Of a stretch of DNA of 32,000 nt, positions 18,283 through 27,903 are shown in pieces. This DNA is from Crocosphaera subtropica ATCC 51142 (GTDB lineage: Bacteria > Cyanobacteriota > Cyanobacteriia > Cyanobacteriales > Microcystaceae), in NCBI RefSeq assembly GCF_000017845.1, contig NC_010547.1, positions 120,001 to 152,000 of the forward strand, given 5' to 3'. The notes under the pieces were generated by a model. It saw nothing but the letters and a program-made list of their open reading frames with translations, was not told the origin of the DNA and did no database searches. Numbering within the stretch: position 1 is the stretch's first letter; every line of letters starts with the position of its first letter. The translations under genes were made by a program, and so were the position numbers.

Positions 18283-19986
18283 ATGTCGTATCGATCTAAG
18301 CCATCTGCTGACCCCTGTGTAACTACCTTCGATGAGTTTGTGCGACTGGCGAATTATTCTCTGATGAATACCTTAAATGCCGACCCATCAGCCACGGTCG
18401 ATGGTGATGATCACCATGCCCGTCAGGTTTTCTCTGGTCATTTCGTACCTGTGACACCTACGCCCCTTGCAGAACCAGAATTAGTTACCCATAGCAGCGT
18501 CTTCTTTAAAGAACTTGGGTTGAGTGACGATCTGGCGTTTAATGAACAATTCCGCAAGGTTTTTTCTGGTGATATCTCTGCTGCCCATAAGCCGATGCGT
18601 CAGATGGGCTGGGCGACGGGTTATGCCCTATCGATTTATGGCAACGAATATACCCAAAATTGTCCATTCGGTACTGGCAATGGTTATGGCGATGGTCGGG
18701 CCATATCTGTGTTTGAAGGAATAATCAATGGTCAGCGCTGGGAAATGCAATTGAAAGGTGGCGGAGCTACGCCTTATTGCCGTGGTGCCGACGGGCGGGC
18801 AGTGCTACGTTCAAGTGTGCGTGAATTTCTGGCACAAGAATATATGCACGCCTTAGATGTACCAACATCGCGTTCTTTCACACTGTATGTTTCTAAATCT
18901 GAGACCGTTACCCGACCTTGGTATTCTCAAGACTCCCACTCCACCGACCCTGATATTTTGGTAGACAATCCTGTGGCTATTTCAACTCGCGTTGCACCAT
19001 CCTTTTTGCGCGTTGGTCAGCTAGAGTTATTTGCCCGCCGCGCTCGCAGTAATGCTCATCCTTTAGCATTAGAAGAGTTGAGCATGATAGTGTCCCATTT
19101 AATTGAGCGAGAATACAAAAGCGACATTAATCAAAACCTTGGTAAAGCCTATCAATTAGTTGAGTTGGCTAAGCTATTTCGCCAACGTCTCACTTCACTG
19201 GTAGCTAATTGGCTACGTGTGGGTTATTGCCAGGGTAATTTTAACAGCGATAACTGCGCCGCTGGTGGCTTTACCCTCGACTATGGACCTTTTGGGTTTT
19301 GTGAAAAATTTGACCCTTGGTTTCAACCTTGGACCGGCGGCGGCAAACACTTTTCATTCTTCAATCAGCCCATGGCAGCCGAAGCGAATTATTATATGTT
19401 TTGGAAAGCCGTGAGACCGCTACTTGAAGAAGATGCTGAAGCTTTAGAACAGTTCGATCAAGTAGGCCGTGGCTTTGCAGAAGCCATGCAAAAACAAATT
19501 CAAAAAATGTGGGCGACTAAACTTGGCTTGGCTGAATTTAACCCAGAGCTCTTTGAGAAACTAATGCAGTTAATGACCGACTCAGAGGTAGATTACACCA
19601 TTTTCTTCCGAGAGTTATCTTACATACCAGAGGATGTCTCAGACTTGAAAAAGAGCTTCTATGGTAAAACGTCACAACAAATTGATGAACAATGGCAAAC
19701 TTGGCTCTCAAGCTGGCGAGACCTTGTTACTTACGACGGCAATCTGGCTGAGATATCAAAAATGATGAAACAGACTAACCCAAAATATACATGGCGAGAG
19801 TGGTTGATTGTTCCGGCGTACCAACAGGCCATGCAAGGGGACTACAGCTTAGTCAAAGAGTTGCAAAAAGTGCTTAGCCGTCCCTATGATGAGCAATCAC
19901 AAGACGTAGAAGATAAATACTATCGTCTGAGACCTAGGGCGTTTTCTGACGTTGGTGGCGTGTCGTATTATAGCTGTTCCTCTTGA
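18283..19986 (+). CDS. selO: SelO/YdiU-family protein adenylyltransferase (AMPylase pseudokinase)
   Basis: GDGRAI...[29 protein letters not shown] and GV.NTDN-equivalent (CQGNFNSDN) blocks. 567 aa ending SCSS. Confidence 0.9.
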   Translation: MSYRSKPSADPCVTTFDEFVRLANYSLMNTLNADPSATVDGDDHHARQVFSGHFVPVTPTPLAEPELVTHSSVFFKELGLSDDLAFNEQFRKVFSGDISAAHKPMRQMGWATGYALSIYGNEYTQNCPFGTGNGYGDGRAISVFEGIINGQRWEMQLKGGGATPYCRGADGRAVLRSSVREFLAQEYMHALDVPTSRSFTLYVSKSETVTRPWYSQDSHSTDPDILVDNPVAISTRVAPSFLRVGQLELFARRARSNAHPLALEELSMIVSHLIEREYKSDINQNLGKAYQLVELAKLFRQRLTSLVANWLRVGYCQGNFNSDNCAAGGFTLDYGPFGFCEKFDPWFQPWTGGGKHFSFFNQPMAAEANYYMFWKAVRPLLEEDAEALEQFDQVGRGFAEAMQKQIQKMWATKLGLAEFNPELFEKLMQLMTDSEVDYTIFFRELSYIPEDVSDLKKSFYGKTSQQIDEQWQTWLSSWRDLVTYDGNLAEISKMMKQTNPKYTWREWLIVPAYQQAMQGDYSLVKELQKVLSRPYDEQSQDVEDKYYRLRPRAFSDVGGVSYYSCSS

Positions 19987-19989
19987 TGT

Positions 19990-20829
19990 TCAACCATAAT
20001 TCTTTTCGACTAACCTAAGCATTTCCTCTTCCAAGGGGGTCAGATACGGACGATCAATTTTACCTAGTAACCGTAGCACTCCCTTGGCTGTCTGTTCTAA
20101 CTCAGCCCCTTGTAGTCGCTGAATTCTACCATGAAGATTTTGTATCGCTTCACAATCTTCTTCGGTGTATTCTAATTCTCGTAAGAACTCAATCTCGATT
20201 TCTTCTAACTCATCATTCCAAGTTTGTAGATTGCAAGTGGTTTTCGTTAGTGCTGTAACAATGCCCCAACAGCCGTTTTTCCCTTTTAATTCAGGATTAT
20301 CTTGCGCGACAATTCCCACCACTTCCCCTAACTCAAAGGGGTTCTCTGCATCCTCTCTGGTCATTTCCCGTACCACTTTTTTAACGATGTGGTGACGAGG
20401 CACTTTACCCGACTCTATCGCTACTGCTTTGTCCCAAGCTTCTACTTGTAGAGGTGGTTTCTTCAATACGCCCAAGGGTCTAACCTGAAATTCGCTCTGT
20501 GGAAGAACTTCACAACCACCGGCCTTGAGATTTTCGTAGATGGTGGCGGCTACGATTAGATAGTCTGACTTCTGACGAGAATGACCAAACGTTTCCTGAC
20601 AATACACTGCAAAACTAGGATGGGTGTCACGGTACAGCTTTTTGTCCCTTAATTCTTTTAGAGCTTTACCTGCTGCCCATACAGCACCAGAAATAACCGC
20701 TTCCAACCGTTGTTTTTCATCCTGTTCAGCTTTACTCAGGGGTTGAAAAGGACTATCCAATTGGCTACTTTGCTCGGACACTACCTCAACATCAATCGTC
20801 GGCACTGACTGAGACTGAGATTGTGCCAA
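19990..20829 (-). CDS. hypothetical protein with a ParB-HTH-like segment
   Basis: LKELRDKKLYRDTHPSFAVYCQETFGHSRQKSDYLIVAA resembles HTH regions of ParB-like phage/plasmid proteins. The only start is TTG 20829. The frame stays open 25 codons upstream (ARYRRRRSSAQEY...) with no canonical start. Confidence 0.5.
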   Translation of the reverse strand: MAQSQSQSVPTIDVEVVSEQSSQLDSPFQPLSKAEQDEKQRLEAVISGAVWAAGKALKELRDKKLYRDTHPSFAVYCQETFGHSRQKSDYLIVAATIYENLKAGGCEVLPQSEFQVRPLGVLKKPPLQVEAWDKAVAIESGKVPRHHIVKKVVREMTREDAENPFELGEVVGIVAQDNPELKGKNGCWGIVTALTKTTCNLQTWNDELEEIEIEFLRELEYTEEDCEAIQNLHGRIQRLQGAELEQTAKGVLRLLGKIDRPYLTPLEEEMLRLVEKNYG

Positions 20830-21084
20830 TAGTTGGTTAAACTCATCTTGAGTTATATATTCTTGGGCTGAACTTCGTCGTCTTCGATATCGTGCTATGG
20901 TTTATTACCTCTTTTCTACTCATTAATTTATTATATTCTCCCAGAAAACAAGAATTCAAGCTAAAATATAGATAAGAGAACAAAAACAAACTATCAATTA
21001 TCAACAGCATGTTTTAAAGTCTTATTAGCGATAAAAATCAATAATAATTAAGAGATGGTGATTAAATTTAAAGAATAGAAAACA

Positions 21085-22731
21085 ATGGAAAATAATAATT
21101 CTATCGGTAACTATTTAATTAAACGACTATTACAATTAGGCGTTAATCATGTCTTTGGAGTCCCAGGAGATTTTGTTTTAGGATTTAATAAACTTTTAGA
21201 AAATAGTGAACTGAAATTTATTAATACTTGTGATGAACAAGGTGCAGGATTTGCAGCCGATGCTTATGCTCGTTTGAAGGGATTAGGGGTTGTCTGTGTT
21301 ACCTATTGTGTGGGGGGCTTAAAGATTGCTAATACTACAGCCCAATGCTTTGCAGAAAAGTCTCCTGTAGTCGTCATTAGTGGTTCTCCTGGCGTTAATG
21401 AACGAATCAAAAATCCTTTATTACACCATAAAGTTAAAGATTTTGATACCCAATATAAAGTTTTTCAAGAAATAACCGTAGCCTCTACGGTTTTGGATAA
21501 TCCTGATACAGCTTACTCCGAAATTGAACGGGTTTTAACTGCAGCCTTACGCTACAAAAGACCGGTTTATATTGAAATTCCTAGAAATATGGTTAATGTT
21601 ACTTTGGGTGCTAATAATAAACCTTCTACGAACAACTCTTCATCTAATCCTGATGCACTACAAGAAGCGTTAGAAGAAGCCGTTAACCTGATTAATCAAG
21701 CCCATCATCCTGTCATTTTAGCTGGTGTAGAAATTCATCGTTTTCAGTTACAAGAGTCTCTACTCAAATTAGTTGAAAAGACGAATCTTCCTGTAGCCGA
21801 AACCTTGTTAGGTAAATCAGTCATTAACGAAATGCACCCTAATAATTTGGGAATTTATGAAGGGGCAATGGGAAAAGAATTTACCCGTAAATATGTAGAA
21901 GAAAGTGATTGTGTTATTGCCTTGGGAACTTTTTTGTCTGATATCAACTTAGGAATATTTACAGCTAAGTTAAATCCTCAATCATTCATTGATGTTAACA
22001 GTGAAAAAACCTCAATTCATTTTCATAATTATGAAAATATTTCTTTAGTTGATTTCCTCAATGGGTTATTAAACGCTGACCTCAAGCATCGCCAAGTTAA
22101 CTTACCTTCTCGTTTCCTACTTCCTACAGACTTCTCAGTCAAACCTGGACAAAAAATAACGGTTCAAAGATTGTTTGAACGACTCAATCTTTTTATCAGT
22201 AATGATATAATCGTCATTGCAGATGTGGGTGATGCCTTATTTGCTGGAGCCGATTTAGTTGTCCACCAAAAAAGTCGTTTTCTTTCTCCTGCTTATTATG
22301 CCTCTTTAGGATTCGCTGTGCCTGCTAGTATTGGCGCACAAATGGCTAACCCTAACCTCCGTCCTTTAGTTCTCGTTGGGGATGGTGCTTTTCAAATGAC
22401 TGGGATGGAATTATCCACCATTGTTCGTTATGGTTTAAATCCGATTATTATTGTTCTTAATAATTTAGGCTACGGAACTGAACGACCCATGCAAGACGGA
22501 ACATTTAATGACATTTTATTGTGGAATTATAGTCAGCTTCCTACTATTTTTAATGAGGGTAAAGGCTTTGATATTAGAACCGAAGATGAGTTAGAGTTAG
22601 CGTTAGAAGAAAGTCAAACCTATACAAAGGGCTTTTGCCTATTAGATGTTCATTTAGATCCTCAAGATAGTTCTTTAGCTTTAAAACGGTTAACTAAAGC
22701 TTTAAGAGAAAAAGTTTACGCCACTATCTAA
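21085..22731 (+). CDS. ThDP-dependent alpha-keto-acid decarboxylase (indolepyruvate/phenylpyruvate/pyruvate decarboxylase family)
   Basis: N-terminal HVFGVPGDF...E..A.F.ADAYAR and the ThDP-binding GDGAFQMT...NN.GYG motif. 548 aa. Confidence 0.85.
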   Translation: MENNNSIGNYLIKRLLQLGVNHVFGVPGDFVLGFNKLLENSELKFINTCDEQGAGFAADAYARLKGLGVVCVTYCVGGLKIANTTAQCFAEKSPVVVISGSPGVNERIKNPLLHHKVKDFDTQYKVFQEITVASTVLDNPDTAYSEIERVLTAALRYKRPVYIEIPRNMVNVTLGANNKPSTNNSSSNPDALQEALEEAVNLINQAHHPVILAGVEIHRFQLQESLLKLVEKTNLPVAETLLGKSVINEMHPNNLGIYEGAMGKEFTRKYVEESDCVIALGTFLSDINLGIFTAKLNPQSFIDVNSEKTSIHFHNYENISLVDFLNGLLNADLKHRQVNLPSRFLLPTDFSVKPGQKITVQRLFERLNLFISNDIIVIADVGDALFAGADLVVHQKSRFLSPAYYASLGFAVPASIGAQMANPNLRPLVLVGDGAFQMTGMELSTIVRYGLNPIIIVLNNLGYGTERPMQDGTFNDILLWNYSQLPTIFNEGKGFDIRTEDELELALEESQTYTKGFCLLDVHLDPQDSSLALKRLTKALREKVYATI

Positions 22732-22840
22732 TCTTTTGAGCTAAAATATAAGAAAAAGGAGGGAATAATTATATTAACCCCAAAAATTACCCGCAGTCGC
22801 ATCTCTCCTACAACATTCTTTATCTCACTGGGGTCTCCCA

Positions 22841-23560
22841 ATGAACCGAAAAAAATCCCCTTTATCCCCTCATCTGGTTAGTTTCAATGACCCAGAAGGA
22901 ACTCTAAAAGTGGTTAAGGAAGCGGTTTTAGAGTTGTGGGAGGTCATTAATGCTTTGACCAGTTTACGCCCTCCTAAACGAGAGCGGTTCCGTGTTACTA
23001 TTTTTGGCAGTGCGAGAATTCAGTCAGATTCTGCCATTTATCAAGATGTGAAATGGTTAGCCACTCAACTAACCCAAATGCAATGTGATATTGTCACAGG
23101 AGGCGGACCTGGCTTAATGACAGCAGCGAATGAGGGTAGTGTGGCCGCCGATCCCCAAGATATAACTCGTTCTATTGGCATCCGTATTGACCTCGAAGCT
23201 GAACAAAAAACCAATCCTTTTGTTGAAGAAGTATTTCGTCATCGCACCTTCTTTTCTCGACTGCATCAATTTGTCTTAATTTCTAATGCTTTTATTATCA
23301 TGCCAGGGGGCATTGGGACAACCTTAGAAGCTTTAATGGTCTGGCAATTATTACAAGTCCGTCATCTTGACCCCATCCCCTTAATTATGGTTGGGCCGAT
23401 GTGGCAAGACTTAGTTACCTGGGCTAATCAATATATGATTCAAGGGAAAACACCACTAGCTGACCCTAGTGATGTTAAAATTCCCTACTGTGTTGATAGA
23501 GTCATTGAAGCCATAGAAATTATTGAAAAAGCACAACAACAATGGTTAATCAGTGAGTAA
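22841..23560 (+). CDS. LOG-family (TIGR00730-type) nucleotide N-glycosidase / cytokinin riboside 5'-monophosphate phosphoribohydrolase-like
   Basis: IFGSARI, GGGPGLM.A.NEG and PGGIGTTLE motifs. Confidence 0.8.
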   Translation: MNRKKSPLSPHLVSFNDPEGTLKVVKEAVLELWEVINALTSLRPPKRERFRVTIFGSARIQSDSAIYQDVKWLATQLTQMQCDIVTGGGPGLMTAANEGSVAADPQDITRSIGIRIDLEAEQKTNPFVEEVFRHRTFFSRLHQFVLISNAFIIMPGGIGTTLEALMVWQLLQVRHLDPIPLIMVGPMWQDLVTWANQYMIQGKTPLADPSDVKIPYCVDRVIEAIEIIEKAQQQWLISE

Positions 23561-23616
23561 AAAATTGGGGTTATTAATCGATTAAATCAAGTTGGATAGA
23601 TAATCAGCTATCCCCA

Positions 23617-24948
23617 ATGAAAATGAAAAAGACCTATGTTCTCGATACTAACGTTTTACTTCATGATCCTACCGCTTTGTTTCAGTTTGAGGATAATGAG
23701 GTGGTACTGCCTATCACCATTATTGAAGAACTTGATCGCTTTAAAAAACAGCCCGAAGTCACAGGACGCAATGCTAGACAAACCTCTCGGACTCTTGATC
23801 AACTCCGCTTACAAGGAAGGTTAACCGAAGGCATAACCCTAGAAAATGGTGGCAGTTTACGGGTAGCGTTATGCTCTGTCGAAACCCTCAAACAACTTCC
23901 CCCAGAATTAGAAGGAGACTCAGGGGATAATGCTATTTTAGCTGTGGCATCAGAACTCCACGAACAATGTCAATGTCCCGTTGTCTTAGTCAGCAAAGAT
24001 ACCAATCTCCGCATTAAAGCCGATGCCCTAGGACTTTCAGCCCAGGACTATGAAACCGACAAAATTCAAGCCGATGAACTTTATACAGGGTACAGCGAAC
24101 TGGTTGTAGAGTCTTCTACCATTGAGCAATTTTTCTCAGAAAAGCAGATAGTCTTACCAACAGAGTTACTCCCCAATCAGTTAGTTACCCTTATTGACGC
24201 GGTTAATCCTCATCATACGGCCTTAGGTCGGGTGGCTAATAGTGGAAAACAACTGTTACCTCTGTTTACTGTACCCTCGTCAGGGATTGCTCGGATTCGT
24301 CCTCGTAATCGAGAACAGCAATTTGCCTTGGACTTGTTGTTAGAAGAGTCTATCCCTCTAGTAACGTTAATTGGGAAAGCCGGAACCGGTAAAACCCTTC
24401 TCGCGATTGCTGCTGGGATTCATCAAGTGGCGGATGAAAAGCGTTATCATCGCCTTTTAATTTCTCGTCCCGTTATTCCGATGGGACGTGATTTAGGTTA
24501 TTTACCAGGGGAAATTACCGAAAAACTGACTCCTTGGATGCAACCCATTTATGATAACTTCGACCTTATTTTAGGGACACAAAACCCCTCCAATAAACCG
24601 GCACATTGGCGACGGGGCCATGAAGAATTGTTAGAAAGGGGACTATTACAAATTGAACCTTTGACTTATATTCGAGGACGCACCATTCCCAAACAATTTT
24701 TGATTGTGGATGAAGCTCAAAACTTGACTCCCCATGAAGTGAAAACCATTTTAACTCGTGCTGGAGTTGGGACTAAAATTGTCTTAACCGGAGATATCCA
24801 ACAAATTGATAACCCTTATGTCGATGGGGCGAGTAATGGACTGACTTATGTCGTAGAACGCTTTAAAAATGATGCCCTCGCTGGCCATGTCACTTTGATC
24901 AAAGGGGAACGTTCTTCCCTAGCAGAACAATCTGCCGTTCTCCTCTAA
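23617..24948 (+). CDS. PhoH2 (N-terminal PIN RNase domain fused to a PhoH-like ATPase)
   Basis: YVLDTNVLLHD (PIN) and SGDNAIL, then Walker A GKAGTGKT and Walker B IVDEAQN. 443 aa. Confidence 0.9.
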   Translation: MKMKKTYVLDTNVLLHDPTALFQFEDNEVVLPITIIEELDRFKKQPEVTGRNARQTSRTLDQLRLQGRLTEGITLENGGSLRVALCSVETLKQLPPELEGDSGDNAILAVASELHEQCQCPVVLVSKDTNLRIKADALGLSAQDYETDKIQADELYTGYSELVVESSTIEQFFSEKQIVLPTELLPNQLVTLIDAVNPHHTALGRVANSGKQLLPLFTVPSSGIARIRPRNREQQFALDLLLEESIPLVTLIGKAGTGKTLLAIAAGIHQVADEKRYHRLLISRPVIPMGRDLGYLPGEITEKLTPWMQPIYDNFDLILGTQNPSNKPAHWRRGHEELLERGLLQIEPLTYIRGRTIPKQFLIVDEAQNLTPHEVKTILTRAGVGTKIVLTGDIQQIDNPYVDGASNGLTYVVERFKNDALAGHVTLIKGERSSLAEQSAVLL

Positions 24949-25031
24949 TCATGAGAACAAGATTATCTTGATCATCATAGCCTAATTAGAGATAATTAAC
25001 GGTAACGTATAGCCTTTAAAAACTTAAAACG

Positions 25032-25427
25032 ATGACTAAAAGGGAAGCAGTTGAATTTGCTAAAAAGTTTAACTGGACTGCTGCTGATGCTAAAAGAGCT
25101 TTTATTGACTTAGATTTAAACAAAGCCAATGAACAAGACTTATTAATGGCATTAGCGAACTTTGCGGGTCAAGAATTATTAAATCGTCAGCGACTTCAAG
25201 CAGCACAGAAAGCACAAGTAACGAGAAAGAAAAATGAAATCAAACAAATAGAAACTGAATATCAACAACACATGGAACAAAGTAAACAAACCATAGAAGA
25301 AATGCAAAGTTTGTTTATTCCTGTGATTGCTAAACTTTACGGTTTTTCTAAGCAATTTGGATTACAAGATCCTTGGATTGAAGCCATGTTAGAAACCTAT
25401 GAACAACATCACCCAAAAGCTTCATAA
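25032..25427 (+). CDS. hypothetical coiled-coil protein
   Basis: ATG start, 131 aa with a Gln/Lys/Glu-rich central helix. No family recognised. Confidence 0.5.
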   Translation: MTKREAVEFAKKFNWTAADAKRAFIDLDLNKANEQDLLMALANFAGQELLNRQRLQAAQKAQVTRKKNEIKQIETEYQQHMEQSKQTIEEMQSLFIPVIAKLYGFSKQFGLQDPWIEAMLETYEQHHPKAS

Positions 25428-25827
25428 TCAATCATTACCTATTCAAAATGAACCGTTAACCACCACTCGAATACAGTTAAAAGGTTATGGTGCGAGTCAA
25501 TATCAAGCGAGAATAATTACTCAGCCATTGACTCCTTTTGGTGTAAGTAAAAGGTCTTATACTTATGCGGTAACTGATGTGATCTCATCAACCCGACAAA
25601 TATTAGAAAATCCTCGGATTCATTTAAAAACTAGGCATCAACTCGAAGCTATTTTAACCAGTTTATTTAACCGCTTAGATAATGTTGTGAATGTACCGTT
25701 TATTCAAGGAACTGACCCTCAATTAAGTCAAGTTAGTAAACAGTTATTTAAAAACATGATGAACGTAAATCGTTATCTGACAGAACTTAATGGAAAAGTA
25801 GCTACTCTCAAAGGCAAACATAAATAA
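25399..25827 (+). CDS. hypothetical protein
   Basis: The only available ATG overlaps the previous ORF by 29 nt. 142 aa. No family recognised. Confidence 0.5.
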   Translation: MNNITQKLHNQSLPIQNEPLTTTRIQLKGYGASQYQARIITQPLTPFGVSKRSYTYAVTDVISSTRQILENPRIHLKTRHQLEAILTSLFNRLDNVVNVPFIQGTDPQLSQVSKQLFKNMMNVNRYLTELNGKVATLKGKHK

Positions 25828-25831
25828 GAAA

Positions 25832-26206
25832 ATGGATAATCAAGTTCATTCTTTACAGGAATTAAGTGAAAAATTATTTCGATTAAATTTTAAAGTCAAT
25901 GAATACTTAAAAGAAACACAAAAGAAAATCGAGAAAATCAAAAATAAATATGAGCCAAGAAATCAGTTTAATGCTTGGCGAGATTCTCAGGAAGGAAAAC
26001 AATGGAAAGAACAACAATACCAGCGACAAAATCAATGTTGTCCGATTTGTCAACAACCGATTCTATCTTTAAAAGGTTCTCACATTGACCATATTAAACC
26101 CCTTTCGACTCATCCCCATTTAGCCTTAAATACCAAAAATATGAGAATTACTCATGGAGCTTGTAATCTTTTAAAGGGTAATGAAACTACCTGGAGTTTA
26201 GACTAA
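25832..26206 (+). CDS. HNH endonuclease whose 3' end is supplied by an IS terminal repeat
   Basis: CCPIC...HIDHIKP...N....H..CN..KG HNH motif. The start is 4 nt after the previous stop. The last five codons and the stop lie inside the IS left inverted repeat (26191-26205). Confidence 0.75.
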   Translation: MDNQVHSLQELSEKLFRLNFKVNEYLKETQKKIEKIKNKYEPRNQFNAWRDSQEGKQWKEQQYQRQNQCCPICQQPILSLKGSHIDHIKPLSTHPHLALNTKNMRITHGACNLLKGNETTWSLD

Positions 26207-27777
26207 CTTCTCCTACAATCACACCGTACAGTCTAGTCCAATGAGAGGTCTCGCTCCGCGAGTGCGGCTGCACCGCTAACTTCGAAATAAGCCAGATTGA
26301 TGTTGACAAATATTAATGGAGAGAGTTGAGAAAAAAGGGAGAAAATAGAAAAAAGTTAAACATTAAATTTTTTCTCCCAGATGAATAATAACATAAAAAA
26401 ACTTCAAAAATTCAGAAATGATACCTATAATCTACTAGGGTTCGCCAAAGATTCCACTTATGATTTAATGGATGCAGTTTTAACCACTAAAACTGCTTAC
26501 TCATTGGCAGATTTTTCTCTTTCTCCATTATTTAGAAGACAATGGTCTTCTACTTATGAATCGTTACAAGATTGCCGTCCAAACCGTTCCAAGTTAATGA
26601 AGAGATATCTCAAAGAAATCCCTATTAATGACTCATTATATGTTACACTAGCTATAGATCATACAGCCAATCCTAGACTAGATTCTCCTACTTTGAAAGA
26701 CCGAGGCTATCATCATTCACCCAAAAACTTTCAAAAAGTAACTGAAGGACATAATTATAGTACCATAGCTTGGATACCTGAAGATAGTAGAAGCTGGGCT
26801 TTACCCTTAAGACATGAAAGAATAACCAGTTTTGAAACACCAATTAGTAAAGCAACTTGGCAATTAAAACAAGTAAGAAGAAGTGTTAATTATCCAATTT
26901 TAGCTTTATTAGATAGCGAATATGGAAATGCTTCATGGGTTAATCAAACAGTAGATGTAGAAGTAGATTGTCTAATCAGAATACGCTCAAATTGCTGTTT
27001 ATACGGTGCGCCTGGACAGTATAGCGGTCGAGGACGGCCAAGAAAACATGGGGATAAATTTAAGCTAAATGACAAATTAACTTGGTGGGATGCAACAGAA
27101 ATAGTTGAGCTTAATGATGATAAGCTGGGTAAAATAAAAGTCAGGAAATGGTCACAGTTACATTTCCTTAAATCCTCATCGGTAAACATGACACTGATTT
27201 TAGTGGAGAGACTAGAAACTAATAAAAAAGGGTCACTTCAAAAACCATTATGGTTGGTTTTTATTGGGAAACAGAAACTAGATATACTTCCCTTAGAATT
27301 ACTGTGGAAAAAGTATTTAAGACGTTTTACTGTCGACCATTGGTATCGATTTATTAAACAAAGATTACATTGGACATTACCAGCACTTAGCACACCTCAT
27401 CAATGTGAAAGATGGAGTGATTTAATGCCATTAATAACTTGGCAATTATGGCTGGCTAAAGATTTAGTTGAAGAAAAATATCTCCCTTGGCAAAAACCTC
27501 AAAAAAACTTAAGTCCGGGAAGGGTTGCACAGTCAATGTTTGGACTTTTAGTAGAGATTGGAACACCAGCACGAACTCCCAAACCCCGTGGAAAATCCCC
27601 AGGATGGGAATCTGGTCAAGTAAGAACTAAAAGAACCCGTTATCCTGTCATTAAAAAACGAAAAAGTCCTGATAAAAAAGCTAAAAAGAAGAAGACTTAG
27701 ACCAAATTTTTAGTTAATTTGTCCTTTTTTCAGACCCAAAACAATGTTGGGCAATTTTGCCGTAGTCTAAACTCCAG
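26191..27777 (+). mobile_element. IS4-superfamily insertion sequence (1587 bp)
   Basis: Perfect 15-bp terminal inverted repeats: CTGGAGTTTAGACTA (26191-26205) and TAGTCTAAACTCCAG (27763-27777). They bracket a single DDE transposase gene. No target-site duplication is visible. Confidence 0.65.
26381..27700 (+). CDS. DDE transposase, IS4/IS701-like
   Basis: AIDHT and LLDSEYG acidic motifs. YLRRFTVDHWYRFIK has the exact Y-2-R-3-E-6-K spacing of IS4 transposases, with D in the E position. Basic C-terminal tail. Confidence 0.85.
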   Translation: MNNNIKKLQKFRNDTYNLLGFAKDSTYDLMDAVLTTKTAYSLADFSLSPLFRRQWSSTYESLQDCRPNRSKLMKRYLKEIPINDSLYVTLAIDHTANPRLDSPTLKDRGYHHSPKNFQKVTEGHNYSTIAWIPEDSRSWALPLRHERITSFETPISKATWQLKQVRRSVNYPILALLDSEYGNASWVNQTVDVEVDCLIRIRSNCCLYGAPGQYSGRGRPRKHGDKFKLNDKLTWWDATEIVELNDDKLGKIKVRKWSQLHFLKSSSVNMTLILVERLETNKKGSLQKPLWLVFIGKQKLDILPLELLWKKYLRRFTVDHWYRFIKQRLHWTLPALSTPHQCERWSDLMPLITWQLWLAKDLVEEKYLPWQKPQKNLSPGRVAQSMFGLLVEIGTPARTPKPRGKSPGWESGQVRTKRTRYPVIKKRKSPDKKAKKKKT

Positions 27778-27877
27778 TGAAGCTAGAGAAGCATCGGCAA
27801 CTGAGAGCCAAAAAATTTATGAGACGATTCTCTTGTCCTTAGATCAAGAAGTGAGAGAAGAAAATAATCTAAACTGA
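27778..27877 (+). pseudogene. inferred displaced 3' fragment of the HNH gene
   Basis: Joining 26190 to 27778 keeps the HNH frame open for 33 more codons (..NETTEAREASATESQKIYETILLSLDQEVREENNLN*). The stop is at 27875-27877, 26 nt before the next gene. Confidence 0.4.
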
Positions 27878-27903
27878 TATTACGATTATAAAAGAGTTGT
27901 TAT

